NCBI RefSeq assembly: GCF_000973505.1
Contig: NZ_CP010048.1
Location: forward strand, 210,001 to 242,000
From: Candidatus Saccharimonadota bacterium
GTDB taxonomy: Bacteria > Pseudomonadota > Gammaproteobacteria > Enterobacterales > Enterobacteriaceae
Reading direction: 5' to 3'
Length of the DNA stretch: 32,000 bases
The translations under genes were made by a program, and so were the position numbers. The notes beneath the pieces were generated by a model, which did not search any database, was not told the origin of the DNA, and saw only the letters and a list, made by a program, of their open reading frames with translations. Of the stretch, positions 1 to 9,150 are shown in pieces (positions within the stretch are counted from its first letter, which is position 1; each line of letters starts with the position of its first letter).

Positions 1-161
1 CTGATGATGGTATGATTGAAAACTTTGTTGGGGTTCATGCGGTATACGAAAGACCAGTTTTTCCAGAGATTTATCTTGATGGTCGAAAATCAGTGAAATA
101 TTTGATTAAGCAATTATTGGAAGCATTGATTTGTAGGATTGTGGTTAGTGGTGGTGTATAA
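1..161 (+). CDS. cysC: Adenylylsulfate (APS) kinase, C-terminal fragment; the 5' end lies outside the window
   Basis: Frame 3 (first full codon at nt 3) reads DDGMIENFVGVHAVYERPVFPEIYLDGRKSVKYLIKQLLEALICRIVVSGGV*. This is collinear with the E. coli CysC C-terminus (...[23 protein letters not shown]...LVQQLL...). TAA at 159-161. The cysC-ftsB neighbourhood matches E. coli. Confidence 0.8.
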   Translation, partial: DDGMIENFVGVHAVYERPVFPEIYLDGRKSVKYLIKQLLEALICRIVVSGGV

Positions 162-286
162 TTTTGTTTATTTTATTTTATAATTGGTTGTCATTAAAAT
201 ATATTTTCGAGTTGTATTGGTGTGTTTGTAAGTATCCGATTGTATTATTGATTGATAGTGTATGAATAAATTTTTTTATATTTAAT

Positions 287-580
287 ATGAAATGTTTAGT
301 GTTTACATTGATGGTTATATTATTTTGGTTGCAGTATGTTTTTTGGTTTGGTAAACATGGGGTATGTGACTTTTTTTGTATTAAAAATACTCTTAAAATT
401 AAATTCTTTAATAATTCTAGATATGAATTAAAGATTCGTAATAGTCAGTTGTTGTTTGAAATTGATGATTTAATTAGTCATCGGAATGAATCAGTAGAGG
501 AACGTGCTCGTCATGAATTAGGGATGATTAAATCAGATGAATGTTTTTATCGTTTGATTCCTCTTGATAGAGGGGAGTAG
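287..580 (+). CDS. ftsB: Cell division protein FtsB
   Basis: 97-aa ORF with an N-terminal TM helix, then WLQYVFWFGKHG...ARNxQL..EIDDL....EERARHELGM.K..E.FYRL.P. This matches E. coli FtsB (WLQYSLWFGKNG...EIDDL...[22 protein letters not shown]). Confidence 0.9.
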   Translation: MKCLVFTLMVILFWLQYVFWFGKHGVCDFFCIKNTLKIKFFNNSRYELKIRNSQLLFEIDDLISHRNESVEERARHELGMIKSDECFYRLIPLDRGE

Positions 581-935
581 TATAATTGTATATATAAATG
601 TTACAACATTGTTGTTTGTTTGTGTGTTAATAATTTTAATGATAGCAGATATTGGCAAATAATATTGATGTTGATGATGTGTAAACAGGATAGTTAATAA
701 ATGTTAAATCACTTTTTGTCATTATGGAAAAAAGGATTTTTTGAATTTTTTAGGGTGGCTATTTTCATTTTGTGTATGATATAAGGATTATTTTGCAGGT
801 TTAAAATTTTTTATTCTTTAGAATGATTATAAATTCTATATTGGTTGTTATGTCTTGCAATGCATTGGAGGTTAAGTTTATTGGATTGTTGTTCATATTG
901 GCGAAAAATGTATAATTATGTGAGGAATAGTTTTT

Positions 936-2030
936 ATGAGTGAACCAATTAGTTTTTTATCATATTATTATTGTATGATGATGGGTTCTTTCATGTTTAT
1001 ATGGATATTATCAGGATGCTCTTATGAGCATCCTTCTTACGAAAATATATGTATTAGTAATATTGATCGTTCTATCCGTGAATTTTCTCTAGATTCGGAG
1101 GATCCTCATCATCGTGTATCTGGTGATCGGAAGAAGTTATTAAATTCATCTACTATAAAATATAATGCTAGTGATTCTGGTTATCATCATGACTATAATT
1201 ATGGTAATAAAGGTTCATATTCTTCCTGTTGTTATGTAGTTAAGCCTGGTGATACCTTGTTTTATATTGCTTGGATTACTGGAAATAATTGCCATATTTT
1301 AGCGCAAAAAAACAATATTAGTATTAATTCTGTTTTGAAAGTGGGTCAAATTTTGCAAGTAGGTGGTGATAATGAACAGTTGAATGATCGATTTTTTAGA
1401 AAATCTATGCAGCATAATCAGAATCGTAATTTTGATCAGAAATGTAATGTGTCTTTTTGTTTAAATTCATGTAAATCAGGCAGTTGTTCTGATAACAGTA
1501 TTGATGGGAATGTTAATGGTAATATTCATCATATGTTGAATAAAAATTTTATAAATTTGTTATCCTCATCTAATCAAGATTTTTCTATTAGTAGTTCTAA
1601 AAATATTGCATCTGTCAATAAAGAAAAAAAAGTGGAGTTAAATGTCGTTAATAAATCTAGAATAGTGTGGACATGGCCTACGTATGGTAGTATTATTAGT
1701 AGTTTTTCTTCTCTTAATGGGGGGAATAAGGGAATTGATATATCTGGTAAGTTGGGTCAACCTATATTTTCTGTTGCTTCTGGTAAAGTAGTTTATGCAG
1801 GTAATGCTTTAGTTGGATACGGAAATTTAATTATTGTTAAGCATAATGATGATTTTTTAAGTACATATTCGCATAATGAAACAATATTAGTATCTGAACA
1901 GCAATATGTTAAGGGTGGCCAGAAAATAGCTACCATGGGGAGTAGTGACTCAGATGTAATTAAGTTATATTTTGAAATTCGTTATAAAGGAAAATCGGTA
2001 GATCCATTGTATTATTTACCTAAAAGATAG
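936..2030 (+). CDS. nlpD: Murein hydrolase activator lipoprotein NlpD (LysM + degenerate LytM/M23 domain)
   Basis: 364 aa. Signal peptide with lipobox ...WILSGC. LysM-like YVVKPGDTLFYIAWITG...KVGQILQV. The C-terminus GNKGIDISGKLGQPIF...GKVVYAGNALVGYGNLIIVKHNDDFLSTYSHN...GQKIATMGSS...FEIRYKGKSVDPLYYL is near-identical in pattern to E. coli NlpD. GAGGA lies 9 nt upstream of the ATG. Confidence 0.92.
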   Translation: MSEPISFLSYYYCMMMGSFMFIWILSGCSYEHPSYENICISNIDRSIREFSLDSEDPHHRVSGDRKKLLNSSTIKYNASDSGYHHDYNYGNKGSYSSCCYVVKPGDTLFYIAWITGNNCHILAQKNNISINSVLKVGQILQVGGDNEQLNDRFFRKSMQHNQNRNFDQKCNVSFCLNSCKSGSCSDNSIDGNVNGNIHHMLNKNFINLLSSSNQDFSISSSKNIASVNKEKKVELNVVNKSRIVWTWPTYGSIISSFSSLNGGNKGIDISGKLGQPIFSVASGKVVYAGNALVGYGNLIIVKHNDDFLSTYSHNETILVSEQQYVKGGQKIATMGSSDSDVIKLYFEIRYKGKSVDPLYYLPKR

Positions 2031-2203
2031 TTATATTGAAATTGAAAATGAGATGTTTGTAGTTGATTGTCTTGCTGATTCTGTGTTTTTTTAGGAATTT
2101 TCATAGTATGTGTTATTTTTTTATCCGTTGTTTATGAAATTGTTTAAGAATATGTGGAATAGATAGTAATATGTTTAATGCGGTTTGTTTTATGTTTGTA
2201 TAT

Positions 2204-4717
2204 TTATTTTTTTATTTTTTTTAAAATGTTGTACAAATAGTTTGTTATGTGTTGTTTTGTGTTTATTTTTTTGGAATTTTTTTCTAGTTGTTTTAGTTTA
2301 AAGTGTGCATTATTTATTACATCAGTTGGTATTCCTGCTAATTTAGCTACTAATAGACCATAACTTTTGTGTGTTGCTCCATGTTTCACATTATATAAAA
2401 ATGTTACGATGTCATTATTTGTTATTGTATCTAAGTGAACGTTAGTGATTTCTGGGATGTATTTAGATAATGTGGTAAGTTCGAAATAGTGGGTGGAAAA
2501 TAGTGTCAGTGCTTTAATTTGAGTTGCAATTTTCTCTGCACATGCCCATGCTAGTGACAGTCCATCATAAGTAGAAGTACCTCTTCCGATTTCATCGATT
2601 AAAATTAAACTATAATTAGTAGCATGATGTAAAATATTGGCGGTTTCAGTCATTTCTATCATAAAAGTAGATTTATTAGATGTAAGGTCGTCGGCTGAAC
2701 CGATTCTAGTAAAAATTCTATCAATAGGTCCAAGAATAGCTTTTTGTGCTGGTACGAAACTACCAATATATGCCAATAATACAATTAATGCAGTTTGTCT
2801 CATATATGTGCTTTTCCCCCCCATATTTGGGCCAGTAATGATGAGCATATTTTGTTTATCTGATAAAATCGTTTGATTCGGTATAAATGGTTTTTTTATT
2901 AATTGTTCAACGACTGGATGGCGGCCATTGATTATTGTGATTCCCTTTTTTTTTGTAATTATGGGGCAAGTATAATTTAGCGTTTTTGCACGTTCTGCGA
3001 GGTTACTTAAAACATCTAATTCAGCTAACGCTTCGGCAGCAAATTGTAAATTTAATAGTTCTGGTAATATTTTTTTTAGTATTTCATTATAAATTTTTTT
3101 TTCTAGTGCTATAGCTTCTATACCGGAATTTAAAATTTGTTTTTCGTATTGTTGAAGTTCAGGGATTGTATATCGTTCAGAGTGTTTTAATGTTTGTAAT
3201 TGTATGTAATGTTGGGGTACGAGGTGTTTTTGTTTTTTTTTTATTTGAATAAAATAGCCATGTAATGTGTTGAAAGATATTTTTAGACTATCTAGTTGTG
3301 TTTTGTTGCGTTCTTCTGTTTCTAATGTTTTTAGATAGTTACTTGCATTTTTTTGTGTGTTTCTTAATTTGTCTAGTGTTTGGTTATATCCATAAGCGAT
3401 GATTCCTCCATCATGTATTGATGATGGAGGAGATTCGTTGAGAGCGGTTTTTAGCAAATTTAATAATTGGTCGAATGGTTTTATTTGTTTAGATATTTTA
3501 GTGATATTATTGTTAGTGATGTTTAGTAGGATATTTTGAATTTTTGGAAATTGTTGGATGGCTTCTTTCATGTTTATTAGGTCTTTTGGTCGTGCTGTGT
3601 GTAGTGCAACTCTAGCTAAAATTCGTTCAAGATCGCCGATTTTTTTTAAAATAGTTTGTAGATAGCTGATTTCTAATTTTAGTAATGATTGAATATTGTT
3701 TTGTCTATAAGTAATAGTATTTTGATTGCGAGTAGGTAGGTTTAACCATCTGTTTAACATACGACTACCCATTGAGGTTACAGTGTGATCTAGAATTCCA
3801 ATGAGTGTATTGTGTTTGTTTTTTTTATTAATGATGTTTTGCGTGAGTTCTAAGTTGCGTCTTGTAGTGTCATCCATGATAATACTAGTTTTGTGATTTT
3901 CTAACACAATTGTGCGAATATGGGTTAATAGTGTACATTGAGTGTGTTCAGCATATGACAATAAGCAACCAGCTGCTTGTAATGCCAATTTTTCGTTTTT
4001 TATTCCAAGTTCTGTTAAATTGTGTGTTTTGAATTGTGAGTTTAGCTTTTTATATGCGTTGTTTAAGTCAAATTCTAATGCAGGTAGACAACGTAAATAT
4101 TTTTGTTTTTCAATTAAGTGAAATGATTTAAGTGTATTTGGATATAAAAGTTCAGAGGGATGAGTTCGTGCTAATTCGGCAGCCATGATTTCTTCTCCAT
4201 TAATTTCTGAGATTATAAATCGACCAGTGGAGATATCTAATGTAGCGTATCCAAATTTATTAAAATCTTGATAGATTGCAGCTAGTAAATTTTCTTGATT
4301 GGCTTGTAGTAATTTTTCATCAGTTAATGTTCCTGGTGTAACGATACGTACTATTTTTCTTTCTAAAATATTTTTTTTTAGTGCTAAGTTATATTTGTCT
4401 AGTGGATTGATTTGTTCACAGATTGCTACTGATTCTCCTAATTGCATTAATTGTACTAAATAATCTTCTATTGTATTATGGGGTATACCAGCCATGGGTA
4501 TTTTTTTTCTGCCTGAGATATTGTTTCTTGTGGTTAATGTAATGTTTAACAATTTTGATGCTTTGTGTGCGTCATCGTAAAATAGTTCGTAAAAGTCTCC
4601 CATGCGATAAAATAACAGGATATTTGGATGTTGTGATTTAATTTTTAAATATTGTTGAATCATTGGGGTATGTATGCAAGAATGTTTTGTTTTGTTTTTT
4701 ATTTTAGTGTGTTTCAT
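2204..4717 (-). CDS. mutS: DNA mismatch repair protein MutS (apparently intact)
   Basis: 837 aa, collinear with E. coli MutS over its full length. Motifs present: [29 protein letters not shown] (mismatch-binding Phe motif), Walker [44 protein letters not shown]. Confidence 0.97.
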   Translation of the reverse strand: MKHTKIKNKTKHSCIHTPMIQQYLKIKSQHPNILLFYRMGDFYELFYDDAHKASKLLNITLTTRNNISGRKKIPMAGIPHNTIEDYLVQLMQLGESVAICEQINPLDKYNLALKKNILERKIVRIVTPGTLTDEKLLQANQENLLAAIYQDFNKFGYATLDISTGRFIISEINGEEIMAAELARTHPSELLYPNTLKSFHLIEKQKYLRCLPALEFDLNNAYKKLNSQFKTHNLTELGIKNEKLALQAAGCLLSYAEHTQCTLLTHIRTIVLENHKTSIIMDDTTRRNLELTQNIINKKNKHNTLIGILDHTVTSMGSRMLNRWLNLPTRNQNTITYRQNNIQSLLKLEISYLQTILKKIGDLERILARVALHTARPKDLINMKEAIQQFPKIQNILLNITNNNITKISKQIKPFDQLLNLLKTALNESPPSSIHDGGIIAYGYNQTLDKLRNTQKNASNYLKTLETEERNKTQLDSLKISFNTLHGYFIQIKKKQKHLVPQHYIQLQTLKHSERYTIPELQQYEKQILNSGIEAIALEKKIYNEILKKILPELLNLQFAAEALAELDVLSNLAERAKTLNYTCPIITKKKGITIINGRHPVVEQLIKKPFIPNQTILSDKQNMLIITGPNMGGKSTYMRQTALIVLLAYIGSFVPAQKAILGPIDRIFTRIGSADDLTSNKSTFMIEMTETANILHHATNYSLILIDEIGRGTSTYDGLSLAWACAEKIATQIKALTLFSTHYFELTTLSKYIPEITNVHLDTITNNDIVTFLYNVKHGATHKSYGLLVAKLAGIPTDVINNAHFKLKQLEKNSKKINTKQHITNYLYNILKKIKK

Positions 4718-5685
4718 GAAATTATTGATTTTTAATGTGGTTGTTTGTTGTTTATTGATAAAAATTGATTTTTGTATGTTGGTTTTGTAATATGTTGTGT
4801 TATTTGTTTATTATATCGAAAAGTCAGTGATATTTTGTGTTTAGGGATAATAATATTTGGTGTTAGTGTGTATAATTATTTTTTTAAAAATTTTTGCATG
4901 GTAGCAGAGTGTTGTTGAAGATTATTTTTTTAGTGGTTTTAGTAAATATTTCAAAATGTTTTTGTATTTTCTATCTAATAAATAGTAATATAAATAATAA
5001 TCTGATTAAAGGAATGTTTTTTAGTAGTTGAATGTATTCAAGTATGTTTTTATTCATATAATTAAGATAGATACAATATAATTATAATAATAATTATTAT
5101 AATATATAATATACATGTATAATATATAATAGAGGTGTATTTTAGTTATATAATAATTATTATAGGGTATGTAATTGAGAATTCAAATGATGTGGAAAAT
5201 TCATTTGGTTTTGATTTTGTGTATTAAGGTTATATTGTATTTGTGAAATCATTTAGTTTTAAAAAATCGGTGATAATAAATTATGATTTATAAAACATTA
5301 TTAATTTTTGAATAAATGGCATTATATTTTTTTTGCTATGTTATTATTTTCTGATTTTTTAATTAGAAATTGTATTTCATTTAATGTTGTGTGTATATTT
5401 TATATTAATAATTAAATTTATGGATAAAAAATTTGATAATTGTTATTAAATTAAGTTTTAAATGTTGATTGTATATATAGTTCAAATCGTGGATAATATA
5501 CGTTTTAGTTGACTTGTACATGATATTCTTAATATATGATGTTTTTATTAAGATTATGTTGTTTTTATCACATATGTATGTAGATCGGGGTATTTATTTT
5601 GTTTAGTTATTTTTATGTTTTTAAATTTGTAAAAATCGTTTTATATTTTTAGTTTTTTTAATATTGTTAATTTTTTGTAATTGGT
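4718..5685. other. 968-bp extremely AT-rich non-coding spacer between divergent mutS and alaS (possible gene-decay remnant plus divergent promoters)
   Basis: The supplied six-frame track has no ORF >=60 aa here. It sits where E. coli carries recA-recX immediately upstream of alaS. It contains near-pure A/T blocks and internal repeats (see the repeat feature). Confidence 0.6.
5087..5164. repeat. Two identical copies of the perfect 14-bp palindrome ATAATAATTATTAT (5087-5100 and 5150-5163), bracketing a 14-bp direct repeat TATAATATATAATA (5098-5111, 5118-5131)
   Basis: Read directly from the sequence. Function is unknown, and chance occurrence in near-pure A/T DNA is not excluded. Confidence 0.5.
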
Positions 5686-8349
5686 ATGAATAAGAACAGT
5701 ATAGTTGAAGTGCGCCAGGCGTTTTTTGATTTTTTTTCTAATAAAGGACATGTAGTGATCGATAGTAGTTCTTTATTACCTGAAGAAGACTCTTCATTAT
5801 TGTTTACAAATGCTGGCATGAATCAATTTAAAAATTTATTTTTGGGTCTAGATAAGCCTTTAAATAGTCGTGTTGTTACTGCCCAACGTTGTGTACGAGC
5901 AGGGGGTAAGCATAATGATTTAGAACATGTTGGTTATAGTAATCATCATTTAACATTTTTTGAAATGTTAGGTAATTTTAGTTTTGGTGATTATTTCAAG
6001 GAAACTGCTATTTTATTTGCTTGGGAGCTATTAACTGGTTCTCAATGGTTTAATTTATCAAAAGATAAAATACTGGTTACTATACATGTAAATGATGAAG
6101 AAGTATATGAAATTTGGAATAATATAATTGGCATATCAGATAAATATATAGTACGTATTGGTGATAACAAAATAGGTGATGGTAGTATAATTTCCGATAA
6201 TTTTTGGCAGATGGGTGATGTTGGGCCTTGCGGTTATTGTTCTGAGATTTTTTACAATTGTGGTGAAGTGATTGAAGAAAATCAGTTGGAAAATGAAAAA
6301 GGTATTCGTGGTAATTATGTTGAAATTTGGAATTTGGTTTTTATGGAGTTTAATCGTCAATTTGATGGAACTTTGTTGCCTTTGCCGTTTTTATCAGTAG
6401 ATACTGGTATGGGATTAGAGCGTATTACTTCGGTTTTGCAGTCTGTGAGTAGTAGTTATAGCATTGATTTATTCTATAATCTTATGATGGGTATAGTGGG
6501 GGTTATTGGAAATGTAGATTTTAAAGATCGGTCTTTTCGTGTTATTACAGATCATATTCGAACGTGTTCTTTTTTAATTAGTGATGGTGTGCGTCCTTCA
6601 AATTCAGGGCAGGGTTATGTTTTACGTCGTATTATTAGAAGAGCTGTGCGTCATGGAAAGATATTAGGTATTCGGGGGATGTTTTTTTATAAATTAGTGG
6701 GTCCTCTTGTTGAGGTTATGGGTTACGTTAATGTTCAGTTAGTAGAGCATAAAAGTATTATAGAAAGTGTGCTGTTTAATGAGGAGAAGCAGTTTTTATT
6801 TGTTTTGGAAAAAGGTTTGGATATTTTAAATGAGTTATTGTCTAAATTAAATGTTGGTGATATTTTAGATGGAGAAGAAATATTTTATTTATATAGTACA
6901 TACGGTTTTCCATTTCAATTTACAAAAGATATTTGTTTACAACATAATTTTAAAGTTGATGAAATTGGTTTTAATCAATCAATGTTAATTCATAAGAAAA
7001 ATGCTCAAAGATTCAATAAGTTTTCTATAGATGCAAATAAGTTGTTATTAACGGATCATCATACTATTTTTATTGGGTACAAGGATTATTCATGTATATC
7101 TGAAATTTTGTCTATATTGAAAAATAATCAATTAACAGAGTCATTATTTCAAAATGAATTTGGTTTTATTGTGTTGGATACAACTCCTTTTTACGGTGAA
7201 TCTGGTGGACAAATTGGTGATATTGGTGAATTAAGGACTGAATCTGTTTATTTTGAAGTGTTGCAAACTAGAAGATATGGTCAAATTTTTGTGCATTGGG
7301 GGAAGGTGATAAGTGGTATTTTTCGGGTTGGTGATCGCGTAACTGCTCAGGTTAATAAAGACCACCGGCGATGTGTTTCTTCTCATCATTCTGCAACTCA
7401 TTTATTACATTCAGCTTTAGTGCATGTTTTAGGGAGTCATGTTGTACAGAGAGGATCGTTAATTAATAATCAATATTTGCGTTTTGATTTTTCACATGAT
7501 AAATCGTTATCTTTAAAGGAGATATATTTGTTAGAAGATATTGTTAATAATAACATTCGAAATAATTTGTTGGTTTGTAGTGAATTGTTGCCAATTGACA
7601 TTGCCCTTAACAAGGGAGCTAAAAGTATATTTGGTAAGCGGTATGATCCAGTAGTTCGTGTGCTAAGTATTGGTGATTTTTCTATTGAGCTTTGTGGTGG
7701 TACTCATGTAGATCGTACCGGTGACATCGGTTTGTGTGTTATTCGTAGTGAGCATGGTGTTGCTTATGGTGTGCGTCGAATTGAAGCGGTATGTGGTGTA
7801 GAAGCATTATTTTTCATTCGGGAGAAAAAACGTTTAATTCAGTGTGTTTCAGATCAGGTGAGAAGTAGTCAAGAGAATGTAGTTAAAAAAGTTAGTATAT
7901 TATGTAATAGAGTAGTAGAATTAGAAACAAAATTAAAAAGATGTAGAGATCGTCAGATTATTGATGAGAACGAACGATTAATAAAACAGGTTCGTTGTGT
8001 TGGTAAGATAAAATTAATAGTTGATTGTGTGGATTGTAGTGTTGATTTAAAAATGTTGCGTATGATTGTTTGTAAATTAAAGAAACAATTAGTTTCTGGT
8101 ATTGTTGTTATTATGTCTCTTAGTACTAGTAAGGTTATATTACATTTGGTAGTTGGTGTTACTAAGGATTTGATTTTTTACGTAAGTGCTGCGGAAATTG
8201 TTAGTTATTTAAACAATCATTTTGGTGGAAGTGGAGGCGGTCGGTCAGATTTAGCACAATCCGGTGGTGGTCGTGTTAAAGCATTGCCAACGGTCATAGA
8301 TATGTTAGATAGATTTTTAATTAAAAAAATTGGTTTTTATAATATGTAA
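5686..8349 (+). CDS. alaS: Alanine--tRNA ligase
   Basis: 887 aa. N-terminus ...VRQAFFDFFSNKGH...LLFTNAGMNQFK..FLG......QRCVRAGGKHNDLE.VGY...H.TFFEMLGNFSFGDYFK matches E. coli AlaRS. Editing-domain HSATHLLH and CGGTHV motifs are present. Confidence 0.97.
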   Translation: MNKNSIVEVRQAFFDFFSNKGHVVIDSSSLLPEEDSSLLFTNAGMNQFKNLFLGLDKPLNSRVVTAQRCVRAGGKHNDLEHVGYSNHHLTFFEMLGNFSFGDYFKETAILFAWELLTGSQWFNLSKDKILVTIHVNDEEVYEIWNNIIGISDKYIVRIGDNKIGDGSIISDNFWQMGDVGPCGYCSEIFYNCGEVIEENQLENEKGIRGNYVEIWNLVFMEFNRQFDGTLLPLPFLSVDTGMGLERITSVLQSVSSSYSIDLFYNLMMGIVGVIGNVDFKDRSFRVITDHIRTCSFLISDGVRPSNSGQGYVLRRIIRRAVRHGKILGIRGMFFYKLVGPLVEVMGYVNVQLVEHKSIIESVLFNEEKQFLFVLEKGLDILNELLSKLNVGDILDGEEIFYLYSTYGFPFQFTKDICLQHNFKVDEIGFNQSMLIHKKNAQRFNKFSIDANKLLLTDHHTIFIGYKDYSCISEILSILKNNQLTESLFQNEFGFIVLDTTPFYGESGGQIGDIGELRTESVYFEVLQTRRYGQIFVHWGKVISGIFRVGDRVTAQVNKDHRRCVSSHHSATHLLHSALVHVLGSHVVQRGSLINNQYLRFDFSHDKSLSLKEIYLLEDIVNNNIRNNLLVCSELLPIDIALNKGAKSIFGKRYDPVVRVLSIGDFSIELCGGTHVDRTGDIGLCVIRSEHGVAYGVRRIEAVCGVEALFFIREKKRLIQCVSDQVRSSQENVVKKVSILCNRVVELETKLKRCRDRQIIDENERLIKQVRCVGKIKLIVDCVDCSVDLKMLRMIVCKLKKQLVSGIVVIMSLSTSKVILHLVVGVTKDLIFYVSAAEIVSYLNNHFGGSGGGRSDLAQSGGGRVKALPTVIDMLDRFLIKKIGFYNM

Positions 8350-8434
8350 TTTATTAATGTGTTGAAGATTTTGTTTTTCATTTCATTTATAATTTTATGT
8401 GGTTTTTTTTAAAAAATTTACAAGGAGTTCAGGG

Positions 8435-8620
8435 ATGCTTATTCTAACTCGAAGAGTTGGTGAAACGCTTATGATTGGAGATGAGATTAAAGTTACAGTT
8501 TTAGGTGTGAAAGGTAATCAGGTACGTATTGGTGTGCATGCACCCCGAGAGGTGTCGATACACAGAGAAGAAATTTATCAGAGAATTCAATCTGAAAAAT
8601 CGCAACAAACTTTTTGTTAG
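8435..8620 (+). CDS. csrA: Carbon storage regulator CsrA (RNA-binding translational regulator)
   Basis: 61 aa, [61 protein letters not shown], almost identical to E. coli CsrA. AAGGAG at 8422-8427. The 12-codon upstream extension of the track ORF (from 8399) has no homology. Confidence 0.95.
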   Translation: MLILTRRVGETLMIGDEIKVTVLGVKGNQVRIGVHAPREVSIHREEIYQRIQSEKSQQTFC

Positions 8621-8772
8621 ATGAATAACTTAATGATAGTAAATTTTTAAGTATTTACATAGTTTTTATTTGTTAGAGAGGTTTTTGTTAACTTGAAATC
8701 AAGTGGTTTTTTAGATTCTATGAAAATTAATGATTTACTTGGTTGATTATTTTTGTTTTATTAATGTTTTTT

Positions 8773-8862
8773 AGTGAGGTGGCCGAGTGGTTGAAGGCGC
8801 TCCCCTGCTAAGGGAGTATATAGCGATAATCTGTGTCGAGGGTTCGAATCCCTCCCTCACTG
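8773..8862 (+). tRNA. serV: tRNA-Ser (anticodon GCU), long variable arm, no encoded 3' CCA
   Basis: Cloverleaf read by hand. Acceptor AGTGAGG/CCTCACT, anticodon stem CTCCC/GGGAG with loop CT-GCT-AA, T arm GAGGG-TTCGAAT-CCCTC, discriminator G followed by TAT. Position after csrA as in E. coli (csrA-serV-argV). Confidence 0.93.
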
Positions 8863-8887
8863 TATTTTATTTTTTATAATATAATGT

Positions 8888-8961
8888 GCACCCGTAGCTC
8901 AGTGGGATAGAGTACTCGGCTACGAACCGAGCGGTTGGGGGTTCGAATCCTCCCGGGTGCG
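8888..8961 (+). tRNA. argV: tRNA-Arg (anticodon ACG), no encoded 3' CCA
   Basis: GCACCCG-TA-GCTC...GAGT-A-CTCGG-CT ACG AA-CCGAG-...-GGGGG-TTCGAAT-CCTCC-CGGGTGC-G. Near-identical to E. coli tRNA-Arg(ACG). Followed by TTT, not CCA. Confidence 0.95.
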
Positions 8962-9150
8962 TTTGGGTTGTTTTTTATTGTTTTTGTTTTTATAAATGTA
9001 AAAAATATATGTGTGTGCGTTATAATATATTATGTTATAACAATTATTTTTTTGTGTTTTTGTTATATTTTGTGGTGTAAATATTAGGGGTTGAAATTAA
9101 AATAGTTAGTTTCAATGGCGTTTTTATATATACAATGTGAGAACATTATA

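Noticed and set aside
5419-5496. DnaA-box-like 9-mers TATGGATAA (5419-5427) and CGTGGATAA (5488-5496), each 8/9 to TGTGGATAA, inside the long AT-rich spacer. I considered whether this is the replication origin.
   Set aside because: There are only two imperfect boxes, of a motif that is itself AT-rich and recurs by chance (e.g. GATGGATAA near 16523). The G/T skew does not change sign across the spacer, and there is no gidA/mnmG-dnaA-type origin context.
8691-8712. Weak hairpin + T6 after csrA (ACTTG-AAAT-CAAGT then GGTTTTTT). A similar A/T hairpin lies between the convergent tyrA and pheA genes (15517-15535, ATACATTT-TAA-AAATGTGT).
   Set aside because: The stems are 5-8 bp and almost entirely A:U or G:U. 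Structures like this arise by chance at this base composition, so I cannot support them as terminators without transcript data.
9013-9041. dif-like sequence GTGTGCGTTATAATATATTATGTTATAAC, resembling E. coli dif GGTGCGCATAA-TGTATA-TTATGTTAAAT. The XerD-arm-like TTATGTTATAA is a 9/11 match.
   Set aside because: Aligning both arms needs a 1-nt insertion and a 2-nt deletion, which breaks the obligatory 11-6-11 geometry. The location shows no skew inversion, so it is not a terminus. Much of the match is generic TATAAT-like A/T sequence, possibly just the ffh promoter region.
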